Shown in pieces: positions 37,919-48,743 of a DNA stretch of 64,000 nucleotides. The DNA lies in assembly GCA_051013385.1 (NCBI GenBank), contig CP143273.1, positions 960,001-1,024,000 of the forward strand. Reading direction: 5' to 3'. The stretch is from Phormidium sp. (GTDB lineage: Bacteria > Cyanobacteriota > Cyanobacteriia > Cyanobacteriales > Aerosakkonemataceae). A program made the translations under genes and the position numbers. The notes under the pieces are model-generated. The model did no database searches. It was not told the origin of the DNA and saw nothing but the letters and a program-made list of their open reading frames with translations. Each line of letters opens with the position of its first letter. Within the stretch, counting starts at the first letter, position 1.

Positions 37919-39475
37919 ATGACTTCTGCAATCACGATTCCACAACGCGATCGAGGGCGGTGGATGGTTTTATTTGCCTGTATTGTTGCTGTGCTGATGG
38001 TGGCGATCGATTCTGGCATTCTCACTTTAATTGTGCCAGCGATTCAGAAAGATTTGAATGCGCCCCAAGCAACGATCGGTTTAATGTCGAGCATTTCCAC
38101 TTTAATGCTGGCAGCATTCATTTTAGGTGGTGGTACATTAGGGGATATTTACGGACGACGCAGGTTAATTTTAATTGGCACTGGCGGCATTGTTGCAGCG
38201 GCAATTTTATCAATGTTGGCATCTAGTGCTGGTGCTTTGATTGGGATTCGAGCAATGGATGGTGTTTGTCAAGCATTGGTAAATCCTTTGGCGTTAGCGA
38301 TTATTACTATTACTTTTGATCAAGAAGAACGCCCAAAAGCGATCGGGATTTACGGCGCAACATTAGGAATCATGGGAGGTTTTTCATCCTTAGCAATTCA
38401 ATATTTTAATCAAGCTTTTGGTTGGCGATCGGTCTTTACCCTAGTAATTGGATTAGGACTTCTGACTATTTTCTTAATGTTGCGGTTTGTCTCGGAAAGT
38501 AAAGCCCCAGGAAGTCGCCAACTTGATTGGCAAGGAATTTTACTTTGTGCAGTTGGGTTATTTACTCTCATTTATGGCATTAGTCAAGCAAGTGGGAATG
38601 GTGGTTTTTTCAGTGCGGGAGTGCTGATTCCGGGAATTATCGGACTGATCATTTTAGGAATTTTCATCTGGTGGGAAGCGCGTGTAGAATCGCCAGCATT
38701 GGAACTATCGTTATTTCAAAAACCTGCTTTTTCCCTGGGGAATTTACTAATTTTATTGTTTTCTTTCGCTCAAACCGGAGTCTTTTTTCATCTTTCCAAT
38801 TACTTCCAAGTTTTACTAAAAAAATCTCCCGTTGAATCGGCATTAATGTTGTTGCCTTTAACATTAGCATTATTTGTTTTTAACATCATTTCTGGTACTT
38901 TAGTTAATCGCTTTGGGATGCGCTCTTTAATTGTTACAGGTACAGCAATGTTTGCTTTGGCGATGTTTCTCTTTTCCCGATTGATTAGTCCCGATTTAAC
39001 ACTTTGGACTTTGCTAATACCGATGTTGTTGCTAGGTGCAGGGATGGCGATCGCCAATATTCCGCGAATGAATGCTTTGTTAAGTTCTGCGCCTCCAAAT
39101 TTGGCAGGTGTGGCTTCAGCAACTAATAACGCATTCATGCAATTAGGAAATGCGATGGGAGTGGCAGTAACAGTTGCTTTAGTGACTACCTTTGGGCGGA
39201 ATTACTATTTGGGCGAACTCACCAAAGCGGGATTGAATGAAGAGCGAATTCGGAAAGTAAACGAATTATTGCAGAAGGTTTTAAGTAGCGATTTACCTTC
39301 GATTTCTTCTCAATTTGCGATTCCCGAACAACAGATGAAAGGGTTAGTTGGTAATTATCAAGCTGCATTTACAACCGGGGTAACTCAGATGATGCTAGTC
39401 AGTGCGATCGCTCTCTTCTTAGCAGCAATTCTATCCTGGTTTTGGTTACGTTCCTACCAAAATAGTAAAATATAA
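37919..39475 (+). CDS. MFS transporter, DHA2 (14-TM drug:H+ antiporter-like)
   Basis: GG.LGDIYGRRR motif A, GWRSVF, LD..G, P.LEL.LF, AGVASA..N...QLG.A.GVA. Confidence 0.92.
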   Translation: MTSAITIPQRDRGRWMVLFACIVAVLMVAIDSGILTLIVPAIQKDLNAPQATIGLMSSISTLMLAAFILGGGTLGDIYGRRRLILIGTGGIVAAAILSMLASSAGALIGIRAMDGVCQALVNPLALAIITITFDQEERPKAIGIYGATLGIMGGFSSLAIQYFNQAFGWRSVFTLVIGLGLLTIFLMLRFVSESKAPGSRQLDWQGILLCAVGLFTLIYGISQASGNGGFFSAGVLIPGIIGLIILGIFIWWEARVESPALELSLFQKPAFSLGNLLILLFSFAQTGVFFHLSNYFQVLLKKSPVESALMLLPLTLALFVFNIISGTLVNRFGMRSLIVTGTAMFALAMFLFSRLISPDLTLWTLLIPMLLLGAGMAIANIPRMNALLSSAPPNLAGVASATNNAFMQLGNAMGVAVTVALVTTFGRNYYLGELTKAGLNEERIRKVNELLQKVLSSDLPSISSQFAIPEQQMKGLVGNYQAAFTTGVTQMMLVSAIALFLAAILSWFWLRSYQNSKI

Positions 39476-39481
39476 CAAGCT

Positions 39482-39515
39482 TTTGCACTAGTTTTACACC
39501 TTTGTTGTTTATGCT
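39482..39515 (+). promoter_or_regulatory. Direct-repeat regulator box with -10 hexamer upstream of the outer-membrane barrel gene
   Basis: tttgCACtagttttaCAC-10 bp-TATGCT. Confidence 0.5.
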
Positions 39516-39754
39516 TTGAGTGTGATTAAAAACAGAGCTATTGTATGGTTCATGATTCGGCTCAAGCAAGGGACATCATCCAAAAAGAGGCGATCGTCAG
39601 TGGCGTTGATTGCAGCGGTATTCCTTGGCTTGATTGCTGGCATGAAAAAGCCTTTTTATAATGAACCGCAGAGAACGCAGAGGACGCAGAGGAAAGAGGG
39701 AGAATAAGAGGAGTAATTAACTCGAATTTAAGATAAAAGTGTGAGGTTTGTTTA

Positions 39755-41692
39755 ATGGTTCGTTGTTTATTCTGGCATCGTTATTTTTTGGGGTTTATTT
39801 CAACTTCAATTTTTTTTAGTTGGGGTTTTGCTTCAGTAGTTTTGGCACAAGTAACACCTACAGTTACCGACAATAATCAGGTGATTTCTACTCGTGCAGC
39901 AGATCTTTTAGAGCAGCAAACTTCGCCAGCAACTAAACAGGAAATTACGCCAGAGAAACTTTCAATATTCGATCGCATCCTATTAACAAATCAAAAAGAA
40001 ACAGAATCTTTACCAACCAACACTTTCGATCCAAATGCAGGGATTAGGATTCCGCCGAGAGTAGGGGAAGGAAATCCGATCGAACGAGTTTATATTCACA
40101 TCAATAATCCCACAGATGAGCCAAGCAAAAATCAGGAATTACTCCAACAAATAGCCGGGAGTTTTGGCATTGGAGCAGGTAGTAGTTTTAGTCCGCTATT
40201 TAGCGATCGAGCTATTAATCAAGTGCGAAGATTACCATTTGTTGAATCTGCCGAATACCGACTTTACCAATCCAATACTCCCGGAACGGTGATTATTGCT
40301 TTGTTAGTTACTATTCAACCAGAAGATACCTCAAAACCACCACAAGCTAAAGAACCAAGAGGTATTTTTGTTACTGGTAGATTCGGAGATTTTCCGACGC
40401 TTTATGAGAGCGATCGCACTTTAGTAAAAGTCATTTTAAATGCTGGATTCGGAGTTTTCAGCGATACAAATCCTTGGTTTGGTAACAGCCAAGATTTTGT
40501 CAGGGGAAACTATCAACCAAAAGGTACAGTTACTTGGCCCGAATTCTATATTGAACCGGGTTTTGCAGGGATTACTCAAATTAGCAATCTTCCCCTTTAT
40601 GTTTACGGAGCATTCAGTTTTACAGAATCAACAACTTTAGCTCCAGATATATTTCGTGATGATACTCGATTTTACGGTGCCGTTGAAAAGCTTTATGGCG
40701 GGTTTCTTTTCGCTCAAAAAGGTTCTCCTGTATCTTTTAACTTGTCAGCAGGGAGACAAAACTTTCAACTAAATCGCAATTTTCTATTTGGACAAGTTCT
40801 TGGTTCTGCTAATGCTTTAGAACGAGGTGCTAGTTCTCTCAATGCTCGAACAGTTTATGATAATGCTGTTTTAGCCGATTTGCGAATTGGTCAATTCTTA
40901 ATTCAAGGGTTTTATTTGAATCCGAATGAGTTACCGATCGCAGATACCGAATCCCGTTTTTTAGGTGTTAATTTCAAGTACAATGATAACCGTAATATTG
41001 AAGCATCACTCGCATATATTACAGTTCCCCAATCAAACACAATTTACGCTTTTCCTGATGGACAACAACAAACTAGAGAAGGGTTACAAGTTATTAATCC
41101 GCGAGTGCGTTGGACATCACCTTTCGGCATTGAAGGATTATGGGTAGAAAGCGAATATGCTCACCAATGGAATAGTAACTTTGCTATGTCTGCTCATGCA
41201 GGTTACATCTGGGGAGGTTATACTTTGAAAAATGCTCCTTGGCGACCTAGTATTAGTTATCGATTTGCTGGTTTCAGCGGCGATAATCCCAAAACTTCCA
41301 CTTATGAAAGATTTGATTCTTTGCGTGGTGGTGGATTAGGTGATTGGCTGCAAGGAATTAACTTGGCTAAAGTCTATTCTAATGGCAATTTACTTTCTCA
41401 TCGAGTGGAATTTAAAGTGCAGCCCACTGATAGGCTACAATTTTCTATAGATTACTTTTACCTGTTTGCCAATCAGTTGAACAATCTGGGGGGAAATCCG
41501 GCTTTATCAACCCTGGATTCTCGCAGTATTGGACATGAAGTAATGTTAACAACTCGTTGGTCAATTTCGCAAAATTTGTTCTTTCTTTCTGTTGGTTCGA
41601 TCGCGTTTCCCTCAGATGGAATCCGCCGAGCGGTAACTGAGGATACAAATCCTTGGTTTACTTTTCAAATTTCTTTGTTTTTAGGTTTCTAA
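39755..41692 (+). CDS. Outer-membrane beta-barrel protein (alginate-export/AlgE-like)
   Basis: Signal peptide, SAGRQ.F, SGD.P....ERFD, IG.E, amphipathic strands and a C-terminal Phe. Confidence 0.75.
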   Translation: MVRCLFWHRYFLGFISTSIFFSWGFASVVLAQVTPTVTDNNQVISTRAADLLEQQTSPATKQEITPEKLSIFDRILLTNQKETESLPTNTFDPNAGIRIPPRVGEGNPIERVYIHINNPTDEPSKNQELLQQIAGSFGIGAGSSFSPLFSDRAINQVRRLPFVESAEYRLYQSNTPGTVIIALLVTIQPEDTSKPPQAKEPRGIFVTGRFGDFPTLYESDRTLVKVILNAGFGVFSDTNPWFGNSQDFVRGNYQPKGTVTWPEFYIEPGFAGITQISNLPLYVYGAFSFTESTTLAPDIFRDDTRFYGAVEKLYGGFLFAQKGSPVSFNLSAGRQNFQLNRNFLFGQVLGSANALERGASSLNARTVYDNAVLADLRIGQFLIQGFYLNPNELPIADTESRFLGVNFKYNDNRNIEASLAYITVPQSNTIYAFPDGQQQTREGLQVINPRVRWTSPFGIEGLWVESEYAHQWNSNFAMSAHAGYIWGGYTLKNAPWRPSISYRFAGFSGDNPKTSTYERFDSLRGGGLGDWLQGINLAKVYSNGNLLSHRVEFKVQPTDRLQFSIDYFYLFANQLNNLGGNPALSTLDSRSIGHEVMLTTRWSISQNLFFLSVGSIAFPSDGIRRAVTEDTNPWFTFQISLFLGF

Positions 41693-41820
41693 TACCAATT
41701 CACGAAATGAATGATACATATATGGTAAGGGCGGGTTTTGTTGAAAATTTGATGGTGGGTAATCCAAGATATTGGCTAAACCCGCCCCTACTAATCTTTT
41801 TTTAATCTTAGGAGATTACC

Positions 41821-42267
41821 ATGAGCGAAAGAATTGAAAAATTCTGTGACGATCTGAAAGTCCAACTTAATGGGATTGAGAGCCATTTATTTCAAGTCAA
41901 AGAAAAACTGACTACAGCTTCTAAAGAAGCAGAATCTACAATCAAAGAAAAGCTAGAAATAGCCAAAGCTAAGTTAGAAACTAAAAAGCAGGAAGTTGCA
42001 ACTGCTAAGGAGAAACTGGCGCAACGTATTGAGACGAAAAAGGCAGAAGTTGAAGCGGAAGTAGCAGAATGGAAAGCGCAAAAGGCGAAAGACAAATTGC
42101 TAAAACACGCTCAAGAAGCTGAAGAATATGCGATCGCTGCGATCTTACTTGCCGCTGCTGCTGCGGAAGAAGCGGAGGTAGCTGTTTTTGAGGCGATCGA
42201 AGCGAGAATAGCCGCTGAGGAAGATACAGTTGAAGTTCTCAAGAGTGCTGAAAGTCCTGCTTCTTAA
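41821..42267 (+). CDS. Coiled-coil hypothetical protein
   Basis: AGGAG RBS; K/E/A-rich helix with an AE.AE.YA.AAI..A motif. Confidence 0.75.
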   Translation: MSERIEKFCDDLKVQLNGIESHLFQVKEKLTTASKEAESTIKEKLEIAKAKLETKKQEVATAKEKLAQRIETKKAEVEAEVAEWKAQKAKDKLLKHAQEAEEYAIAAILLAAAAAEEAEVAVFEAIEARIAAEEDTVEVLKSAESPAS

Positions 42268-42338
42268 ATTTGAGTCCTAAAATCTGCCCGGAAATTGATT
42301 TCCGGGCAGGCTAACAGTGCAGGTGCAAGATCTCAGTA

Positions 42339-42719
42339 TTAGTCATTCCAGTTAAGAATTAATCGAACTTGCTGGACTAAATCCGGTGCTTTGAAAGGTT
42401 TGGTAATAACTCCGGCGATCGCTAATTGAGCAAATCTTTGGCGATCGCTTGCTTGTGCTTTAGCTGTCAGCAAAATAATTGGAATTGAGCAAATTATAGG
42501 GTTAGCTTGCATTTGTTGAAAAGCAGTAATACCGTCCATTTCTGGCATCATTACATCTAATAGAATTGCATCTGGTTGTTCAGTTTCCGCAAGGGTAATA
42601 CCAGCTTGACAAGAATCTGCAACTAAGGTTTCCCAGGAAGCAATTACCCGAAATGCAACTGGAATTACTTGACGAATTCCTGGTTCATCGTCAATTAATA
42701 GGATACGTTTCTTTGTCAT
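42339..42719 (-). CDS. Single-domain response regulator (CheY-like)
   Basis: LLIDDE, ILLDVMMP.MDG, LTAK, KPF. Confidence 0.93.
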   Translation of the reverse strand: MTKKRILLIDDEPGIRQVIPVAFRVIASWETLVADSCQAGITLAETEQPDAILLDVMMPEMDGITAFQQMQANPIICSIPIILLTAKAQASDRQRFAQLAIAGVITKPFKAPDLVQQVRLILNWND

Positions 42720-45615
42720 TGCGATCGCCCTCTGAAATCGGTAAAGTGAAATAAAAAGTGCTGCCTTTTCCTAAGTTGCTTTCTGCCCAAATTCGTCCTC
42801 CATGCTGTTGAATGATACTCCGGCAAATCGCTAATCCTAATCCGGTTCCGCCTTTCTGACGCGAATCAGAAGCATCTACTTGCTGAAACCGCTCAAAAAT
42901 GCTTTCTAGCCGATCGCTGGGAATGCCACGCCCGTAATCTTTGACCATAAATTTCATGAATGTGGCAGCAAATAAATCATGCACAGATGTTTCCTGAAAC
43001 GTCTCTACATGAATTTGAATAGTTGAATGTACGGGAGAAAAGCGAATTGCATTACTGAGTAGATTTATGAGAACTTGAATTAAGCGATCGCGATCGGCTT
43101 CAATCGGACAAGATATCACAGATACTTCAAATTTAATATTTGATTTGTTAGCCAAATCTTTCATTTGATCGATCGCACTCTCAATCAAATTTTCTGGGTA
43201 ACAAAGCTGTTTTTCAATATGAATTTTACCAGAATCAAGTCTTTCTAAATCAAGGATATCATTCACTAAACGCATTAGGCGATCGACACCTTCTGTCGCC
43301 ACACGAATCATCCCTTGCCCCTCTTCTGATGTCGGCTCGACTAATTGTTGATCCAGCAAACTTAAAGCAACTTGCATAGAAGTTAAGGGAGTTCGCAGTT
43401 CATGACTAACAATAGAAACAAATTCCCGTTTGAGACGCTCTAATTTATGCTGGTCGGTAATATCTTCACCAATTCCAATAATACCAATTGTATTCCCCAC
43501 AGTATCTTGTAGGGCAGTATTATTCCAAACAATAATGCGTTCTTCTGCTGATTTTGTAATAATTCTATTCTGATAATAGGAATACTGAACTCGCTGTTCT
43601 AGCAAATCAACAAAATGGTTTTTTGACACTTGCCGTTCTTCAGGAACCACAAAAGTTTTTAACCATTCTTGAGAAATGATTTCTGACTCTTTGTAGCCTG
43701 TAATAGAAGAGAAAAAAGGATTGACATATTCGACAAATCCTTGAGTATCTAATCCCACCACCATTAGTTGTACTTGATCTAAAAGACTTCGCCATCTGCG
43801 ATTCCATTCTTGCAAGCTGGCTTCTGCTTGTTTGCGATCGGTAATATCCATCACCGTTCCCACCCAACCAGTTACCTGTTCTTGCGAGTTAAAAACTGGC
43901 TCACCCCGAACTTCGATGTATCGCACTTCCCCATCCGGTCGCACGATTCGCAAATCTGCTTCACAGGACTTTCCAGCTAATAGGGGAGCTTTCACCAGTT
44001 GTCGATCGATCCATAAATCATCAGGATGGATCAAACGATCCATCTCTTCGCCAACTGGAGCAGGTATACTCGGATCGAGTTGATGAATACGATACAGTTC
44101 CTCTGACCAAATACAAGTTTGGCTGGCAATGTCATACTCCCAACTACCAATATGGGCAATTTTTTGCGCTCTGGCTAAATTTGCTTCACTTTGACGCAGT
44201 TGCGCTTCTACTCGTTTGCGATCGGTAACATCCAACACCGTACCAAATAACCCAATCAGTTCCCCTCGCTCATTAAAAGTCCCCGGCTTTGCTCTAGCTT
44301 CGACATAGCGAATTTCCCCATCTGGACGAATAATTCGCAGATCGTACTCATAAGATTCACCCCTAAGTGATGCGTTAACCATTGCTTGATGAATTTCTAA
44401 ATCATCAGGATGGATATATTTATCCCGCTTTTGCAAATCAGACACAGAACTGTTGGGATCGAGTCCATGAATGCGATAAATTTCTTCAGACCAGGAAATT
44501 TTTCCATCTTCTCGCTGCCATTGCCAGCTGCCAACAGATGCAATCCGTTGAGCTTCTCGTAGGGCAAATTCACTTTGACGCAATGCCTGTTCTACTCGTT
44601 TGCGATCGCTTACATCCAGCGCCGTACCATACAAGTGCAACAATTCTCCCTGCTCATCATAAATTCCTGGCTCTCCCCGTGCTTCAATGTAGCGAATTTC
44701 CCCATCGGGGCGAATAATCCGTAAATCAACTTCAAAGGAGTAACCTGCCTGGGCTCGCTGGACTAATTTTTGATGTTCAGCTAAGTCGTCTGGATGAATT
44801 AAAGATTCAAGTTCTTTCCCTTGTGGCGCGGGTTGATTAGGGTCGAGTCCATGAATTCGATACATTTCCTCAGACCATGTAACAGTGTTTTTTTGACAAT
44901 CCCAATGCCAACTTCCTACATGAGCAATTCGTTGGGCAGTACGCAGATTAAATTCACTTTGATGTAGTGCTGCGATCGCTTGTTGATACTCTGTAATTTC
45001 CACCACAATACCACCGATTGCGATCGCTTCACCCGTAGGGCCGGAAATGGGAAAAAATGAGTTAAGCCAATGTCGTAAAACTCCCGGTTGACTGGGTACA
45101 TAGCCAGATACTTCTAAATTAGAAATTGGTTGCTTTATCTCAATTAAAGTCTGGAATAAGGGAGTTAGAGTAGAGGCAAGTTCAGGCAACAAGTCAGGTA
45201 AAAATTTACCCAAATGGAACTCAATGGAATATCCATTAATATCTGCCAATGTTTGATTAATGTGGAGGAATTGTAAGTTTGTGTCAACGATGAATAATCC
45301 AATATTAGATTTCGTTGCGGCATTAAAAAAACCAGCGAACAATTGCTCTCGCTCGATGAGTTCTTGGTATAACTGTTGACAGGTGTCGCTCTCGATTTCT
45401 TTTGCTTGTTGGGAGAAAGTTTTCTCTTGCTGCAACTGTAAAAACTTGGTTCTAGTTGCCAAAGTTGCGGAGTGATTTCCATTCACACTATACAAAGGCG
45501 GCAATCTAAAAGGAGAATTCCAGGCTGAAGAATGCTGTTTGAGAGTCGCTACCTCGGCTCGTAATGCCTGCAATTCTTGAATTAGTTGCTCTTTAGTTTT
45601 TGTGCGATCGTCCAC
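42691..45615 (-). CDS. Multi-PAS sensor histidine kinase (soluble)
   Basis: About five PAS/PAC modules, three of them AQ.IA.VGSW...IHPDD...RPDGE repeats. SHELRTPL, NLLSNA, D.G.GI, GGTGLGL. No TM or GAF domain seen. Confidence 0.93.
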   Translation of the reverse strand: MDDRTKTKEQLIQELQALRAEVATLKQHSSAWNSPFRLPPLYSVNGNHSATLATRTKFLQLQQEKTFSQQAKEIESDTCQQLYQELIEREQLFAGFFNAATKSNIGLFIVDTNLQFLHINQTLADINGYSIEFHLGKFLPDLLPELASTLTPLFQTLIEIKQPISNLEVSGYVPSQPGVLRHWLNSFFPISGPTGEAIAIGGIVVEITEYQQAIAALHQSEFNLRTAQRIAHVGSWHWDCQKNTVTWSEEMYRIHGLDPNQPAPQGKELESLIHPDDLAEHQKLVQRAQAGYSFEVDLRIIRPDGEIRYIEARGEPGIYDEQGELLHLYGTALDVSDRKRVEQALRQSEFALREAQRIASVGSWQWQREDGKISWSEEIYRIHGLDPNSSVSDLQKRDKYIHPDDLEIHQAMVNASLRGESYEYDLRIIRPDGEIRYVEARAKPGTFNERGELIGLFGTVLDVTDRKRVEAQLRQSEANLARAQKIAHIGSWEYDIASQTCIWSEELYRIHQLDPSIPAPVGEEMDRLIHPDDLWIDRQLVKAPLLAGKSCEADLRIVRPDGEVRYIEVRGEPVFNSQEQVTGWVGTVMDITDRKQAEASLQEWNRRWRSLLDQVQLMVVGLDTQGFVEYVNPFFSSITGYKESEIISQEWLKTFVVPEERQVSKNHFVDLLEQRVQYSYYQNRIITKSAEERIIVWNNTALQDTVGNTIGIIGIGEDITDQHKLERLKREFVSIVSHELRTPLTSMQVALSLLDQQLVEPTSEEGQGMIRVATEGVDRLMRLVNDILDLERLDSGKIHIEKQLCYPENLIESAIDQMKDLANKSNIKFEVSVISCPIEADRDRLIQVLINLLSNAIRFSPVHSTIQIHVETFQETSVHDLFAATFMKFMVKDYGRGIPSDRLESIFERFQQVDASDSRQKGGTGLGLAICRSIIQQHGGRIWAESNLGKGSTFYFTLPISEGDRNDKETYPIN

Positions 45616-45701
45616 TTTGACTTTCCCCTTTGCGCTTACATCTATCTTAAGGTAAATAAATTAATTAAATAATTTATTTATCTTAGGACGGATGCGGAAA
45701 C

Positions 45702-46468
45702 TTAAAATTCGTTTATTGGCAAGGCAACATAAAAAGTACTACCCTGCCCCAATGTACTTTCAACCCAAATTTTTCCCTGATGTTGCTGAATGATTCGCTC
45801 GCAGATTGCCAATTCTAATCCCAGACCTCCATACTTGCGGGTGTCTGAGGAATCGACTTGCTTAAAGGGTTGAAAAATTTCTTTGAGGGCAGTCTCAGGA
45901 ATTCCTGTACCTTGGTCTTTTATTGCAATCAAGACGTAAGGTAAAATAGGTAAATCTAGAAAGTTTGCGGTTTGAACTATTGTGGCAGTTAACCAAACTT
46001 GGCGATCGCTAGGAGAAAACTTAATCGCATTATGGAGAAGATTCGATAAAGCCTGACTTAAATAATAATCGTCTGCCTTTAAAGGAATAAAGCTAGGAAT
46101 ATTTAAATCAATCTCAATTCGCTGCTCAGTTGCTACTAATTGTACTTTGTCCACAAGACGCTTAATTAGGGCTGCCCCATCCAAGGGCTGCATAAACATA
46201 GAATCTGTTTTATGCGTGATTTCGTACCAATCAAGAATATTCTGGATGGTGTGGGTTAAGCGATCGATATTATCCGCAGCTACCGTTAAAAGTGCTTGAA
46301 CTTCCGATTGTTCTTCTTGTTGATAGATTTGTAATAGATTGAGCGCTGCCTGTAGAGAAGTGATCGGAGTACGGAGTTCATGACTGAATACAGAGAACAA
46401 TTGCTCGATCGGATCTTCAGAAGGATTCATCATCTCCAATTTATTTTGATAATCATAAGTTTTCATGG
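45702..46468 (-). CDS. Sensor-less histidine kinase (HisKA + HATPase)
   Basis: SHELRTPI, NLLHNAIKFS, DQGTGI, GGLGLELAI, GQGSTF. Start uncertain (46468 or about 46435). Confidence 0.85.
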
Positions 46469-46669
46469 ATATTCTAATAAATACTAGCTGACAAATTTTA
46501 TTCGGAAAAAGTGCCAAATAGGTGAAAAAATCATTACCATCAGCCCCCAATTAAACTTTCACCACTTTGTCACTTTTTTTTGCATAAAATCGGTTAATTT
46601 ACCAGCAAAATGCCCAGAAATCATTTTGTCACATTCAAGGAACGCAAAAATCCTGAAATCTTTAAATCC

Positions 46670-48172
46670 TTAAATCCTGGTAAATTTTTGACTACGCCTA
46701 ATCCGATTAAGAACTTGGGTAGAAAGTTCTTCTGGTACAATTGGTTTGGTTAAATAGTCATCTGCACCACTAGCAAATACTTGTTGTAGTGTTTGGCGAT
46801 CGCTTTGTACGGTAAGAATTAAAATTGGCAACCAACTCCATTGTTCTGTATTCCGCACAGTTTGACATAGCTTTAATCCATTAATCTCAGGCATATTGAT
46901 ATCTAAAATTAATAAATTTGGTTTGACTGTTGCTAATATTTGCCAAATTTGCGTCGGTTTTTCTAAAGTAGCAACTTTGATGCCCACATTTCCCAGAATT
47001 TGTTTAAGTAAAATCAGAATTGCTGGCTCATCATCGATCGCCAATACTCGAATCTCTCCACTATCAGTTAAAGGCAACTCAGGCATCGAAACTAACGAAT
47101 CAGTCTGGGTTGCTTGCTCAGGAAAATTCCCAGGAGACTGTTCTAATTCTGAGCGTAAAGTTCTGACTAATTGGGAGAGCGAATCGAGGTTGATTAATAG
47201 AGGTTGATTTTGTAAGAGAATTTCGATCGCCTTGGCAATATGAGAAGCTGCTTCAAAACCGAAAGTTGCTACCGTACCTGCTAATTGATGAGCACTTTTT
47301 TGGGCTGCTTGTAGTTGATTTGAAGTGAAAATTTTAGATTGTAAACTGATAATAATTTCTTCCAGAGTTTCTAGGTGTTTAAAGACTCCCTCGTGAATAT
47401 TTTGCCAAATTTTGGCGATCGACTCATTTAATTCTTTACTTTGCGCTAGAGACAAAGAAGAATTAGATAAGGAATTCTGTAAAAAACTCGGATTAATTCG
47501 ATAGCCATGTCCATAAAGTGTTTCAATTAAATCTTCTGCTCCCACCTCCTTTAACTTGTTGCGAATTCGGCGAATATGGGACTTTACTGTATCCTCAGTT
47601 GGCAGTTTATCCAACGTCCAAAGATGATCGACAATATCACTTCGGCTAAAAACACGACAAGGATGGCGGAGAAATAGCTCTATTAATAAATACTCTTTTC
47701 GGCTAAATGGTAAAACTTGCCCATTACAGGTAATCTCCCGCATTTGTGGATTGAGATGAATACTCCCGCAGGAAAGAATAGCTGTTGATTCTTCAGTCAA
47801 TCGACGAGACAAAATGCGAATTCGAGCCAGTAACTCTTGGATATCAAACGGTTTTACCAAATAATCATCCGCACCACTATCCAATCCAATTAATTTATCT
47901 GTTATTGAATCCCGTGCAGTCATCAGCATTACTGGAACTTGTAAATTGTGTTCTCGCAAGCGACGACACAATCTAATTCCATCCAACTTCGGCAACACTA
48001 CATCTAGTAATACTAAATCATAAGAAATGAGATTAATCATTTCCCAACCCATTTCACCGTCAGTTGAAACATCCACAATATAATTGTGTTTACCCAGAAC
48101 GGTAGTCAGTGCCTTTGCTAAATTTGTGTCATCTTCAACAAGCAGAATTCGCATACTATCTAGATGCTTCAC
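46670..48172 (-). CDS. OmpR-family regulator with REC-wHTH-Hpt-REC architecture (RcaC-like)
   Basis: LLVEDD..LLDVVLP; wHTH (KEY.L.E.F, VFSR, TVKSHIRR.R.KL, IETLYG.GY); Hpt AHQLAG; second REC IDDE..ILDINMP. Confidence 0.9.
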   Translation of the reverse strand: MKHLDSMRILLVEDDTNLAKALTTVLGKHNYIVDVSTDGEMGWEMINLISYDLVLLDVVLPKLDGIRLCRRLREHNLQVPVMLMTARDSITDKLIGLDSGADDYLVKPFDIQELLARIRILSRRLTEESTAILSCGSIHLNPQMREITCNGQVLPFSRKEYLLIELFLRHPCRVFSRSDIVDHLWTLDKLPTEDTVKSHIRRIRNKLKEVGAEDLIETLYGHGYRINPSFLQNSLSNSSLSLAQSKELNESIAKIWQNIHEGVFKHLETLEEIIISLQSKIFTSNQLQAAQKSAHQLAGTVATFGFEAASHIAKAIEILLQNQPLLINLDSLSQLVRTLRSELEQSPGNFPEQATQTDSLVSMPELPLTDSGEIRVLAIDDEPAILILLKQILGNVGIKVATLEKPTQIWQILATVKPNLLILDINMPEINGLKLCQTVRNTEQWSWLPILILTVQSDRQTLQQVFASGADDYLTKPIVPEELSTQVLNRIRRSQKFTRI

Positions 48173-48249
48173 TTAAATCTATGAGGAATTTTCGCTAAAT
48201 TCCTATTCAGCTTCGGGATTTGTGTAAGGATCGAGGTTAGGATACCTAA

Positions 48250-48284
48250 ACTTTATCACATAAAAGTAACAAACTGGTGACAAA
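48250..48284 (-). promoter_or_regulatory. Direct-repeat box with -10 hexamer upstream of the regulator gene (possible autoregulation)
   Basis: Minus strand: tttgtCACcagtttgtTAC-10 bp-TAAAGT. Confidence 0.55.
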
Positions 48285-48549
48285 TAAATTTTATATCTAA
48301 ATTTATCTCTTTAGATCATTAAAATTTTGATTTCGATGAGTAACATCTCTTCCTGAATCCGAACTCAGGTTAAAATTTGGCTATCTATAGCATCTTCCTT
48401 CTCTGCACTAGGCAAACAATCATGGATACACAACTTCTCACCACATTTGCCGCAAGTTTATTTGCACTACTTAATCCCTTGGGGATTTTGCTTAGATAAT
48501 TTTGAGTAAGTCTGTAATCACAGCCGAAAAATTGTTAAGGTGAGAAAAA

Positions 48550-48583
48550 TTTGCACCAGTTTTTTACTTTTTCCAATTACACT
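48550..48583 (+). promoter_or_regulatory. Direct-repeat box with -10 hexamer upstream of the SDR gene
   Basis: tttgCACcagtttttTAC-10 bp-TACACT. Confidence 0.5.
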
Positions 48584-48743
48584 ATTTCCATTCCTGAATT
48601 CCAGATTAAATTCCCAAAAATTTCCAGATTAAATCCCCAAAAATAGAGATTTATTAGCCTTTATCTAAATGGAGCAAACAAAGATACCCATAAGACTATC
48701 TATCAGGTAATCTGATTAATCCAGAGACATTAGGAACAATTCA

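Noticed and set aside
39516..39707. 63-aa ORF with a hydrophobic stretch upstream of the barrel gene
   Set aside because: Its TTG start lies directly after the predicted -10, and its tail is a cgcagag repeat; too little support for a gene.
42339..48172. Chromatic acclimation RcaE/RcaF/RcaC system
   Set aside because: The kinases have no bilin-binding GAF domain and no phycobiliprotein genes are adjacent. Only the architecture is similar, so no rca symbols were given.
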